NCBI GenBank assembly: GCA_031423615.1
Contig: JANPFV010000015.1
Location: 14,666 to 78,665, forward strand
DNA from: Candidatus Omnitrophota bacterium
GTDB taxonomy: Bacteria > Omnitrophota > Gorgyraeia > Zapsychrales > JANLHA01
Direction: 5' to 3'
DNA: 64,000 nt
Part shown: one piece after another, positions 49,611 through 59,403 of the stretch
Position numbering within the stretch: the stretch's first letter is position 1
Layout: every line of letters begins with the position of its first letter
The notes under the pieces: model-generated
The model's database searches: none
Seen by the model: the letters and a program-made list of their open reading frames with translations, nothing else
Told to the model about the DNA's origin: nothing
Position numbers and translations under genes: made by a program

Positions 49611-49985
49611 ATGCCAAAACTTTTAGTTGTCGATGATGAAATAGACATCGTTGAGGTCACAAAACGATTTTTTAAAAAGCGTGGCCTCGACGTTTTTACG
49701 GCGAGCGACGGGGAAGAAGCTCTCCGGGTGATTAAAGAGGAAAATCCAGATTTGGTTTTGCTGGATTTCAATCTGCCGATTTTAAGCGGGTTAGAAATTT
49801 TAAAAAAGTTAAGAAATGAACTGAAATTGAATACGAAAGTCATTATGGTCACAGGTTTTGAAACGGAAATGGTCATCAATGAAACCCAAGGCTTAGCTCT
49901 GGAGGGATGTATTCATAAGCCTCTGGATTTGGAAAAACTGGAAGAAGTTGTTATGTCCGCGTTAAGCAAGCCTAGCGATAAATGA
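49611..49985 (+). CDS. Single-domain response regulator
   Basis: LVVDDE, LLDFNLP, VTG, HKP. Confidence 0.9.
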   Translation: MPKLLVVDDEIDIVEVTKRFFKKRGLDVFTASDGEEALRVIKEENPDLVLLDFNLPILSGLEILKKLRNELKLNTKVIMVTGFETEMVINETQGLALEGCIHKPLDLEKLEEVVMSALSKPSDK

Positions 49986-50077
49986 GCATCCTGGATCCCG
50001 CCTTTCCCGGCGATACTTTTTAAAAAGTGAGCCGGCTTAAGAATTCAAAATTGATGTAACCGATTTAATAAATAAAA

Positions 50078-50112
50078 AGAAAAGGCAACCTGATTAACAG
50101 ATTGCCTTTTCT
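50078..50112. terminator. Bidirectional Rho-independent terminator
   Basis: AGAAAAGGCAA...TTGCCTTTTCT between convergent genes. Confidence 0.75.
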
Positions 50113-50125
50113 ATAGAGCGATGAT

Positions 50126-50641
50126 TTATTGACTCATGGCTTCTTCGTTGATTTGCGACTCTGCTAATTCGGTCAGAGTTTCATCGGTATTTTCTTCTTC
50201 TTCGATGGTCTCCTTTAATAAAGTTAGATCTTCCTGATAGCCGAGAGCGGCGGCAAATGTACATAAAGAACCATAGGCCGCGATTTCGTAATGCTCGACT
50301 TTTTGCGCCGCAACGATTATGCCGGCATCAAGTACGCTGGGAGCTGCATCTTCCTCAAGCATTTTTGCGCCTTCCTTCAACAGACCTTCCATGCCCTCAC
50401 ATTTCGGTCCGGTCGAACTTTCATCAAGGCGCTTGAAAATTTTCTCCAAGCGGACAATTTGGTTTTCTGTTTCTGCCAAATGTTTTTCAAATCCCCGTTT
50501 AAGTTCGGGATTATTTGCGGCTCTTGCCATTTTGGGCAAGGCCTTGGTGATTTGTTTTTCTGCACTCAGAATATCCTTGAGTTCATGGACATATAAATCA
50601 TGCAATGTTGCCAGTTCTTCTTTTTTCATGTCTTTTTTCAT
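50126..50641 (-). CDS. yciF: Ferritin-like DUF892/YciF stress protein
   Basis: ELKDILSAEKQITKALPKMA, HLAET, AQKVEHYEIAAYG. Confidence 0.9.
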   Translation of the reverse strand: MKKDMKKEELATLHDLYVHELKDILSAEKQITKALPKMARAANNPELKRGFEKHLAETENQIVRLEKIFKRLDESSTGPKCEGMEGLLKEGAKMLEEDAAPSVLDAGIIVAAQKVEHYEIAAYGSLCTFAAALGYQEDLTLLKETIEEEENTDETLTELAESQINEEAMSQ

Positions 50642-50863
50642 TCCCGGCTCCTTTCGCCTGAATCAAAATCGTGGTTGACCTTGACTTACTGGAATATATT
50701 TTAGGCCATCCAGATTAAAAGACCGTTAATACAAAATTAATTTGGATTTGACGTACGAAAGAAAAGGACTCATTATCGAGATAACCTGCTATAATCAATT
50801 ATCTATTGGCCAACCGCAGGAGATACTCTAAACGAGCAAATCGCAGGATTGATTATTAAAAAA

Positions 50864-50980
50864 ATGCTAACTTCCCAAAAAGGCAGAAAATGCAAGTTTC
50901 CTCATTGTAAGCGGATATTGAGTATCTACAATCATGAAGCGTATTGCCATGTTCATGTGATGCAGATGCAAAATCGGTGA
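50864..50980 (+). CDS. Tiny putative zinc-finger protein (38 aa; absent from ORF track)
   Basis: MLTSQKGRKCKFPHCKRILSIYNHEAYCHVHVMQMQNR: C-x4-C-x12-C-x2-H. Confidence 0.55.
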   Translation: MLTSQKGRKCKFPHCKRILSIYNHEAYCHVHVMQMQNR

Positions 50981-51099
50981 ATCCATAAAAAATGAGCCCT
51001 GAGCGAGTCCTGACAGGGTTATCTGGTCAGGTTTTTCCATTTTCGCCCTACCTTCAAAATTACAGTTAAAAATAATGAATTGCGTTTATAATACTCTCC

Positions 51100-54000
51100 A
51101 TGAGTTTGAACGCTTTTCATTCTGCCACATCCCGATGGTTCACAAAGACGTTTGGTCAGCCCACCGACGTGCAAGAAAAAGCTTGGCCGGCCATCCAAAG
51201 CGGCCGCCATACCCTCATTTCCGCACCGACGGGAAGCGGTAAAACCCTCGCCGCTTTTTATGCCATGATCGACGGACTTGTGCGCCGGAGTTTAGATGGC
51301 GGCCTGCCTGACGCCACCCAAATTGTTTATATTTCGCCTCTGAAAGCTTTGAGTAACGATATCCATCGCAATTTGGAAATTCCCCTTTTGGGGATAAAGG
51401 AAGAATTGGCGAAACAAGGCTACGCACCTGTTTCTATCTTAACCGCCGTGCGCACGGGCGACACCACCTCATTTGAGCGTCAGAAAATGTTGAAAAATCC
51501 TCCCCATATTCTTGTCACGACGCCCGAATCATTGTATTTGTTATTGACCAGCAAAAGCGGCCGCCAGATGCTTAAGACGGTGGGCACGATCATTATCGAT
51601 GAAATCCATGCGATGTTACAGGATAAACGCGGAGCGCACTTAGCGCTTTCTTTGGAAAGATTGGAGGCCTTGACCGGCCAGCGTTTGCAGCGGGTGGGAC
51701 TTTCCGCGACGCAAAAACCGGTGGAAATGGTCGCCCGTTTTCTCGTCGGGAATGCCAATATTGAGAAGGATGTCGCGGACTGCGTGATCATCAACACCGG
51801 TCACCGCCGGAAAATGGATTTAGCCATTGAAGTCCCCCAGGCCCCGCTGAGTGCGGTTATGAGCAATGACGTGTGGGGGGAACTTTACGATCGTCTGATT
51901 GAATTGATCAACGCGCATAAAACCACCCTAGTTTTCGTCAACACCCGGCGATTGGCGGAGCGCCTGGCCATGGCCCTGTCGCAACGTCTGGGTGAGGCCC
52001 AGGTGAGTTCCCACCACGGCAGTATGAGCAAAGAACACCGGCATTCTGCGGAGCAACGACTGAAGGCGGGACAGTTGAAAGTTTTGGTCGCGACCGCTTC
52101 CATGGAATTGGGTATTGATATCGGCTCCGTGGATCTTGTTGTGCAATTTTCTTGCCCTAAAAGTATTGCGGCTTTTTTACAGCGCGTCGGGCGAAGCGGT
52201 CATCAGGTCTTAGGAACTCCCAAAGGGATTCTTTTTCCTCTGACGCGAGAAGACTTGCTGGATTCGGTCGCTTTATTAGACAGTGTGCGCCGCGCCGAAC
52301 TTGATCATATTGTCATGCCGGAAATGCCGCTTGATGTTTTAAGTCAGCAGATCGTGGCGGAAGTCGCCAGTCAGGAATGGCCGGTTAACGAATTATATGA
52401 TGTGTTTCACCGGGCGTACTCTTTTCGCAACTTGACGAAAGAAAAATTTATGGAGATTGTTGTCATGGTTTCGGAAGGATTTACCACCCGCCGAGGACGC
52501 AAAGGCGCTTATCTGCACTACGACGCAGTCAACGGATTTTTGCGGGGACGGCGAAATGCCCGGCTTACGGCTTTGACCAACGGCGGAACGATTGCCGACA
52601 TGTTCGATTATGATGTTGTCTTGCAACCGGAAGGAATTACCGTCGGGACGCTCAACGAGGAATTTGCGTTGGAATCTTTGTCCGGCGACATTTTTAATTT
52701 AGGGACTCATGCGTGGCAGTTGATTCGGGTTGAAGGCCTTAAAGTGCTGGTTTATGATGCAGCGGGCAAACCGGCCACCGTGCCGTTTTGGAAAGGCGAA
52801 GGCGCAGGACGCAGCACGGAATTGAGTGAATCGGTGTCGCGATTGCGCGCGACAATGAGTGATCTTTTGGATAAAAACCCTCTTCCCAACATTTCTCTTG
52901 TCGATATTCCTGATGATATGACTTTGCGCTTTCATCCGGCTGTCCAATGGCTGGTCGATGAAATTGGGATCCTGCCGGATGCGGCCCAACAACTTGTCCT
53001 CTATTTAGGGATGGGGAAAGTCGGGCTGGGGATCATGCCGACTCGCCAGACGATTGTTTTGGAAAGATTTTTTGATGAAGCCGGAGATATGCATGTGGTG
53101 ATCCATTCGGTGTACGGCAGCCGGGTCAACCGGGGATGGGGACTGGCCTTGCGTAAAAAATTTTGCCGTAAATTTAATTTTGAATTACAGGCCGCGGCGA
53201 CAGAAAATTGCATTATCCTTTCTTTGAGTTCTTCCCATAGTTTTCCCGTCGATGAAGTTTTTCGCTACCTGAATACCAAAACCTTACGCGAGACCTTGAT
53301 CCAGGCCATGCTCGATGCCCCTTTGTTTGAAATCCGTTGGCGCACCAATGCCACACGGTCTTTGGCGATTTTGCGCAATCGCGCCGGACAGCGTGTGCCA
53401 CCGTATTTACAGCGCATGCAGGCTGAGGATTTGATCGCCCAGGTTTTTCCCGATCAGATCGCGTGCGCGGAAAACTTGACGGGAGAAAGAGAAATTCCCG
53501 ACCATCCTTTAGTAGAGCAAGTGATTCGAGATTGTTTAACGGAATCCATGGACATTGCGGAATTGGAAAAGCTGATCGGTCATATCCAGAATAAAGACCT
53601 GGAATTGATCGCAAAAGATTTACGCGAGCCTTCGGTTTTTGCGCAAGAAATTATCAATGCGCGGCCTTATGCTTTTCTTGACGATACAGAGTTTGCGGAG
53701 CGGCGGGTGAATGCGATCCGCAACCGTAGCTGGCTGGACCCTACGGAAGCTTCGGACTTGAGTCAATTGAGTATAGAAGCGATCGCGCGGGTTAAAGAAG
53801 AATCCTGGCCGCAGGCGCAAAATGCCGACGAGCTTCATGACATCTTGACTGTCCATTCTTTTATGACCGAAGAAGAGGGAAAGTCCAGCGGGTGGTTTCG
53901 TTTTTTTGAAGAGCTCATTGGGGCTGGGCGGGCAACGCGGATGATCATTCCCGGCGGGCGGGCTTTTTGGGTTGCTGCGGAAAGAATTTCTCACTTCAAA

Positions 54001-55494
54001 GGAGTTTACGAAAAAGCCCATTTTGATCCCGTCCTTCATTTGCCCGCCGCTTTCATCCAACCCTCTTTAGGGTTAGAAGACAGTGTCCGAGAAATTATGC
54101 GCGGCCGTTTGGAAGCCTTGGGTCCGGTGACGGAAGAGCAGTTGATAAATGATTTTCAATTATCGCCGGGCCTGATTCAGGGCGCATTGTTGGCGTTGGA
54201 AACCGAAGGTTTTGTTTTTCGGGGAAAATTTACCCCGGGATTGGGAAAACAGGAATGGTGCGAACGCCGGCTTTTGCGGCGTGTGCATAAATACAGCATT
54301 GAATCTTTGCGGCAAAGTATTCAGCCCGTGAGCGTGCAGGATTTTATGCGTTTTCTTTTTATTCATCAGGGGATGAATTCTTCCGACCAAAAAGAAGGAC
54401 CGGCGGCTTTAGAGCACGTTTTGGAAACCTTGGAAGGATATGAAGCCCCGGCCGCGGCTTGGGAGGCCGACCTCATTCCCGCCCGCATGGGTGATTATGA
54501 TCCAGCGTGGTTAGACGTTTTATGCATCAGCGGGAAAATTGTTTGGGGGCGCTATAATCTGCCAAAAGGTGATCCGTTGAAAAAAAAGTCCGGGCCATTA
54601 AAGAGCACACCCATTACTCTGGTGCGTCGCACTCAGGATCATATATGGCGAAGTCTGGCTCACAAAGGTCCCGACGGAGTTTTAAGCCATTGCGCGCAAA
54701 AGATCAGGGAGTTTTTAAAAATGAACGGCGCCAGTTTTTTTGATGACATGACGCGGCGTACCCAGCTTTTGAAAAGTGAAGTCGAGGAAGGCATCGGCGA
54801 ACTCGTTGCTAATGGCTTGGTCATCAGTGACAGTTATTCTGGGATGCGGGCGTTGTTGACTCCTCAGGCCAATAAGGTTGGGCACAATCGTCTGCGGGTG
54901 ACCCCGCGGGACCGGCAAAAGGTTTTCTTCGGCATTGAGCATGCCGGCCGTTGGACATTGATCGCAAATATTCCGTCGGAAGAAAGCAAAGAAATCCAAT
55001 ACGAAATTTTAGAACAGGTCATTTTTACCTATCTTAAGCGGTGGGGCGTTCTTTTTCGTTCGCTCTTGGAAAAGGAAGGTTTTGCTCCGCCCTGGCGGAT
55101 TCTTGTTCGTGTTTTGCGGCGGCTGGAATTAAGAGGACAGGTGCGCGGTGGTCGTTTTGTCGCCCAGGTCAGCGGAGAACAATTTGCTCTGCCCGAAACC
55201 GTCGATCGCTTGCGAAAAATCAGCAAACAACCCGGGGACAATGTGCTTATTTCTATTTCGGCCGTTGATCCTTTGAATTTATTGGGAGTGATTTTGCCCG
55301 GTCAACGCATTTCGCACTTGGCCTCTCACCGTATCGTTTTTCGTGATGGCGTTCCTTTAGCCATTTTAGAAGGAAAGGATGTCAAGTTTATGAGAAATTT
55401 TAGCCCGCAAGAAGAATGGGACATCCGCAAAGTTCTTGTCCGTCGGAGGTTTCCTTCCAAATTGCGGTATTACTTAGGTAAGAACTATGTCTGA
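51100..55494 (+). CDS. lhr: Lhr-family DEAD/DEAH helicase with extended C-terminal domains
   Basis: APTGSGKT, SPLKAL, DEIH, SAT, HHGS, ELGIDIG, QRVGRSGH; C-terminal RGGRFV...GEQFA. Confidence 0.92.
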   Translation: MSLNAFHSATSRWFTKTFGQPTDVQEKAWPAIQSGRHTLISAPTGSGKTLAAFYAMIDGLVRRSLDGGLPDATQIVYISPLKALSNDIHRNLEIPLLGIKEELAKQGYAPVSILTAVRTGDTTSFERQKMLKNPPHILVTTPESLYLLLTSKSGRQMLKTVGTIIIDEIHAMLQDKRGAHLALSLERLEALTGQRLQRVGLSATQKPVEMVARFLVGNANIEKDVADCVIINTGHRRKMDLAIEVPQAPLSAVMSNDVWGELYDRLIELINAHKTTLVFVNTRRLAERLAMALSQRLGEAQVSSHHGSMSKEHRHSAEQRLKAGQLKVLVATASMELGIDIGSVDLVVQFSCPKSIAAFLQRVGRSGHQVLGTPKGILFPLTREDLLDSVALLDSVRRAELDHIVMPEMPLDVLSQQIVAEVASQEWPVNELYDVFHRAYSFRNLTKEKFMEIVVMVSEGFTTRRGRKGAYLHYDAVNGFLRGRRNARLTALTNGGTIADMFDYDVVLQPEGITVGTLNEEFALESLSGDIFNLGTHAWQLIRVEGLKVLVYDAAGKPATVPFWKGEGAGRSTELSESVSRLRATMSDLLDKNPLPNISLVDIPDDMTLRFHPAVQWLVDEIGILPDAAQQLVLYLGMGKVGLGIMPTRQTIVLERFFDEAGDMHVVIHSVYGSRVNRGWGLALRKKFCRKFNFELQAAATENCIILSLSSSHSFPVDEVFRYLNTKTLRETLIQAMLDAPLFEIRWRTNATRSLAILRNRAGQRVPPYLQRMQAEDLIAQVFPDQIACAENLTGEREIPDHPLVEQVIRDCLTESMDIAELEKLIGHIQNKDLELIAKDLREPSVFAQEIINARPYAFLDDTEFAERRVNAIRNRSWLDPTEASDLSQLSIEAIARVKEESWPQAQNADELHDILTVHSFMTEEEGKSSGWFRFFEELIGAGRATRMIIPGGRAFWVAAERISHFKGVYEKAHFDPVLHLPAAFIQPSLGLEDSVREIMRGRLEALGPVTEEQLINDFQLSPGLIQGALLALETEGFVFRGKFTPGLGKQEWCERRLLRRVHKYSIESLRQSIQPVSVQDFMRFLFIHQGMNSSDQKEGPAALEHVLETLEGYEAPAAAWEADLIPARMGDYDPAWLDVLCISGKIVWGRYNLPKGDPLKKKSGPLKSTPITLVRRTQDHIWRSLAHKGPDGVLSHCAQKIREFLKMNGASFFDDMTRRTQLLKSEVEEGIGELVANGLVISDSYSGMRALLTPQANKVGHNRLRVTPRDRQKVFFGIEHAGRWTLIANIPSEESKEIQYEILEQVIFTYLKRWGVLFRSLLEKEGFAPPWRILVRVLRRLELRGQVRGGRFVAQVSGEQFALPETVDRLRKISKQPGDNVLISISAVDPLNLLGVILPGQRISHLASHRIVFRDGVPLAILEGKDVKFMRNFSPQEEWDIRKVLVRRRFPSKLRYYLGKNYV

Positions 55495-56074
55495 AAAAGA
55501 AAAGGTTTTTAATAAATTGCGTGAAAAAATGCTAAACGCCAATTTGCCGTTAAAAAAGACCGCCAAGAATTTGGTTTTCGGCACAGGCAGTCTCGATCCT
55601 AAAGTTTTTTTTATCGGCGAAGCTCCGGGAGCAAAAGAAGATGTACAGGGTTTGCCCTTCGTGGGCGCGGCTGGAAAGCAGTTGGACCTTCTCCTTGAAT
55701 CAATTTCGCTTTCCCGGGAATCGGTCTATATCACCAGTATTCTGAAATACCGTCCGCCGGGAAACCGTCCACCCACCTTAGCCGAAATCCGGGCCCATAC
55801 CCCTTTTCTCGTCGAGCAAATCCGCATTCTTGCGCCGCCGGTGATTGTCACCTTGGGCAATTTCGCAACGCGATTTATTTTGGCCGGATTGAATATCGAA
55901 AATATGTCTAAGGTTCCCGGGATCACTCAAATTCACGGTCAACCGCATAAAATCCATTTTGAAGGAATGGATGTGAAGGTTGTTCCTGTTTTTCATCCCG
56001 CCGCCATCCTCTATCGACGGCCGTTAAAAGAAATCCTCCAGAACGATTTTCAGATAATCGCGCAAATTATTTAA
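55487..56074 (+). CDS. Uracil-DNA glycosylase, family 4-like
   Basis: GEAPG, PFVGAAG, RPPGNR, FHPA. Confidence 0.9.
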   Translation: MSEKEKVFNKLREKMLNANLPLKKTAKNLVFGTGSLDPKVFFIGEAPGAKEDVQGLPFVGAAGKQLDLLLESISLSRESVYITSILKYRPPGNRPPTLAEIRAHTPFLVEQIRILAPPVIVTLGNFATRFILAGLNIENMSKVPGITQIHGQPHKIHFEGMDVKVVPVFHPAAILYRRPLKEILQNDFQIIAQII

Positions 56075-56165
56075 ATTTCATCTGTTTTTAATCTTCCCTT
56101 AATTTTTTAGTTGTTAAGTTAAGGACAATCATTTAGCACTTATTTATCCTAAGGAGGAGAAAAAA

Positions 56166-56465
56166 ATGTCAAAGCTGAAGAAACAAAAACTCAATTCCCA
56201 AAATCAAAACTCTTTAGCGCATTATCAGGCAGATGAGCGCCCTGTCTCGGTCGGTTTACCATCGTCTGCAAATCAGCCTTCTTCGACGGTGGATTTTCAA
56301 ACGATCCAGAAGAAAGCGTATGAAATCTATGAGCGAAAAGGCGGACAGCCTTTGGATAATTGGCTGGAAGCGGAAGAATTTTTACGGCAAAACAGAAGCC
56401 GAGGAACCGCAGAGTCCGCTTCTCAGGCCGGAGAATTAGAGTCAGTCAAAAGCATGGCCAATTAA
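56166..56465 (+). CDS. DUF2934-domain small protein
   Basis: IQKKAYEIYERKG...DNWLEAE; RBS AGGAG. Confidence 0.8.
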   Translation: MSKLKKQKLNSQNQNSLAHYQADERPVSVGLPSSANQPSSTVDFQTIQKKAYEIYERKGGQPLDNWLEAEEFLRQNRSRGTAESASQAGELESVKSMAN

Positions 56466-56507
56466 AGCGAACATCTTGGAATAGACTTCTTTAAACAAGG
56501 ATGGGGG

Positions 56508-57584
56508 ATGGATTTCTTACAAGTTTGGATGTCGGACGTTAATGTGGGTCGGTATCTGCAAGTTTTTATAGTTTTTGTCCTTTTGGTTTTTCTTTTTGTT
56601 TTAACCAAAAGATGGCTGGTCAATTATTTGCGCCGTATTGCAGAAAAGACACCCAATGATGTGGATGACTTAGCGGTGTCGCTTTTGTCCAAGATCACTT
56701 TGCCGGTTTTTTTGGTGATCGCTTTTTATCTGGCCTTATGGCCGCTGGATCTTTCGGTGACGGTGCGTACGCTTTTACATCATATGCTGGTCATCATTAT
56801 TACGATCAATATCGCCATGCTCATGCAGAGCGTTATTGAATATGGGTTAAGCAAGATGTATCGACGGCGCATGAAAGATGAACAATCGGTCAATTTGGTT
56901 GTCAAAAGTTTGGGCGGTATTTTGCAGTGGGGTGTGTGGATCCTGGGCTTTATTTTTGTCCTGGATAATATGGGCGTGAATGTGACGACCCTCGTTTCGG
57001 GAATTGGGATTGGCGGGATTGCCGTCGCTATTGCCGCGCAGGCCGTGCTGGGAGATGCTTTCAGCGCCTTTTCTATTTTTATGGACAAACCCTTCGAAAT
57101 CGGAGATTTTATTATCATCGATGACTATATGGGTTCAGTAGAAAATATCGGAATTAAAACGACACGTGTCCGCAGTCTGAGCGGTGAACTATTAATTTTT
57201 GCCAATTCCGATTTGACCAAAAGCCGGATCCGTAATTATCAGCATCTGCAGACCCGGCGGGTAGTTTTTACGGTGAAAATCCAGTATCAAACTCCGACAG
57301 AGAAAGTTAGAAAAATCCCATTGCTCATTAAAGAGATCATAGACCAGATGAAGGATGTGCGGCTGGACCGTGTTCATTTTCAAAGTTTGGGGGATTTTTC
57401 GCTGGTTTATGAAATTGTCTATTATGTCCTTTCCGCGGACTATAATCTTTATATGGATCGTCAACAGACCATCAACATCGCCATAATGGAAACTTTAGAA
57501 AAGCAAGCCATTCGTTTGGCTTACCCAACGCAGACCCTTAATTTAGAAAGAGTATCCTATGAATCATCTGGGCGCTTGGCCTGA
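56508..57584 (+). CDS. Small-conductance mechanosensitive channel (MscS family)
   Basis: GIGGIAVAIAAQ, DKPFEIGD, GSVENIGIKTT. Confidence 0.92.
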   Translation: MDFLQVWMSDVNVGRYLQVFIVFVLLVFLFVLTKRWLVNYLRRIAEKTPNDVDDLAVSLLSKITLPVFLVIAFYLALWPLDLSVTVRTLLHHMLVIIITINIAMLMQSVIEYGLSKMYRRRMKDEQSVNLVVKSLGGILQWGVWILGFIFVLDNMGVNVTTLVSGIGIGGIAVAIAAQAVLGDAFSAFSIFMDKPFEIGDFIIIDDYMGSVENIGIKTTRVRSLSGELLIFANSDLTKSRIRNYQHLQTRRVVFTVKIQYQTPTEKVRKIPLLIKEIIDQMKDVRLDRVHFQSLGDFSLVYEIVYYVLSADYNLYMDRQQTINIAIMETLEKQAIRLAYPTQTLNLERVSYESSGRLA

Positions 57585-59403
57585 AGGACGGGGGTTCCAT
57601 TTTCGGGTCTGGGCTCCTCAATGCAAAAGCCTGGAAGTGGTCGTCGATGGCGGCCATATCCCGCCGATCACCTTAACTTTGCAAAAAGATGGATATTTTA
57701 CCGGAGAGGCCTCTTTAAAGCCGGGTGATTTGTATAAATTTCGCGTCGACGGCCATTCCTTGTATCCTGATCCCTGTTCACGTTTTCAGCCCCAAGGTCC
57801 ACATGGCCCGTCGATGATCGTCGACCCGCATTCTTTCAGATGGCAGGACCACGCCTGGCAGAAAAAGGGACTGCAAATGCTAGGTCAGATCATTTATGAA
57901 CTCCATGTCGGTTCGTTTTCACAGCAGGGAAATTATCAGGGAGTTGTCTCGGAATTAAAAGAGTTGAAGGACTTGGGGATCACTGTCCTGGAGATCATGC
58001 CGATTGCCGAATTTCCCGGTCGCTGGAATTGGGGCTATGACGGGGTTTCCCTTTTTGCCCCGGCCCATGTTTATGGTTCTCCTGACGATTTGCGTCACTT
58101 GATCAATGAAGCCCACAAAATAGAGATGGGAGTGATATTGGATGTCGTTTATAATCATCTAGGTCCCGACGGTAATTATTTAAAAGTTTTCAGCCCCGAT
58201 TATTTCTCGTCGCAGTATACAACGGACTGGGGTGAAGCCCTTAATTTCGACGGGAAGAATGCGCAGGGGGTAAGGGAATTCTTTATCCATAACGCCTGCT
58301 ACTGGATTGAAGAATTTCATTTTGATGGATTGCGTTTAGACGCCACCCAGAATATTTATGATAAAAGTTCTTGTCATATTCTGGCAGAAATGACGGCCGC
58401 GGCACGCCAGAGCGCTTCTCCCAAAAAAATAATTGTGGTGGCAGAAAATGAACCGCAAGAAATCATCCTTTGCCAATCTCCCGAAAAAGGGGGATATGGT
58501 ATGGACGGGATGTGGAATGATGACTTTCATCACAGCGCGCATGTAGCTCTGACCGGACACCGTGAAGCTTATTACACGGATTACTTCGGCCATTCTGAAG
58601 AATTTATTTCCATGATTCAGAAGGGGTTTCTTTATCAGGGACAGTTTTATTCATGGCAAAATAAAAAACGCGGTACTTTTGTCGGCGAAGAAATTAACGC
58701 CAGTCAGTTTATCATTTTCTTGGAGAACCACGACCAGGTGGCCAATAGTTTAGACGGACAGCGTATTACAAGCCAGCTGGATAGGGGGCTGGTCCGGGCC
58801 ATGACGGCTCTTCTTTTATTGTCCCCGCAAACGCCCATGCTTTTTATGGGACAGGAATTTGGAGCCTCCAACCCGTTTCTTTTTTTTGCTGACCATAATA
58901 AAGATTTAGCGCCTTTGGTTTTCAAAGGACGAAAAGAATTTTTATCGCAATTCCCCAGTATTCATAACACTCTGGAAACGATCGCTGATCCTAACGATGA
59001 ACAAACTTTTCAGCAATGCAAACTGAATTTTAAAGAACGACACACGCATAAAGAAATTTATCATTTGCATAAAGATCTCTTACGGTTGCGGCGGGAAGAT
59101 GATCTTTTTAATCAGCAGGACCGCACCAAAATAGACGGAGCGGCTTTAAGTGATTGCGCCTTTGTCTTGCGTTACCACGGGAAGGATTCCGACCGTCTTA
59201 TCGTCGTGAATATGGGAAATGATCTGGATTTCTCACCTTGCCCGCGGCCGATTTTAGCGCCGCGGCCCCATTCGTCGTGGGAGGGTGTGTGGTCAAGTAA
59301 CGATGTGCGTTATGGGGGAAAAGGCACGGCCTGGGCTTTTTCCGGCTACGGCTGGTATATCCCAGGTCGCTGTGCGCAAATTTTTACATCGGAGAAAAAA
59401 TGA
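57559..59403 (+). CDS. treZ: Malto-oligosyltrehalose trehalohydrolase
   Basis: FRVWAP, NWGYDG, DVVYNH, GLRLDAT, ENHDQ. Confidence 0.92.
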   Translation: MNHLGAWPEGRGFHFRVWAPQCKSLEVVVDGGHIPPITLTLQKDGYFTGEASLKPGDLYKFRVDGHSLYPDPCSRFQPQGPHGPSMIVDPHSFRWQDHAWQKKGLQMLGQIIYELHVGSFSQQGNYQGVVSELKELKDLGITVLEIMPIAEFPGRWNWGYDGVSLFAPAHVYGSPDDLRHLINEAHKIEMGVILDVVYNHLGPDGNYLKVFSPDYFSSQYTTDWGEALNFDGKNAQGVREFFIHNACYWIEEFHFDGLRLDATQNIYDKSSCHILAEMTAAARQSASPKKIIVVAENEPQEIILCQSPEKGGYGMDGMWNDDFHHSAHVALTGHREAYYTDYFGHSEEFISMIQKGFLYQGQFYSWQNKKRGTFVGEEINASQFIIFLENHDQVANSLDGQRITSQLDRGLVRAMTALLLLSPQTPMLFMGQEFGASNPFLFFADHNKDLAPLVFKGRKEFLSQFPSIHNTLETIADPNDEQTFQQCKLNFKERHTHKEIYHLHKDLLRLRREDDLFNQQDRTKIDGAALSDCAFVLRYHGKDSDRLIVVNMGNDLDFSPCPRPILAPRPHSSWEGVWSSNDVRYGGKGTAWAFSGYGWYIPGRCAQIFTSEKK

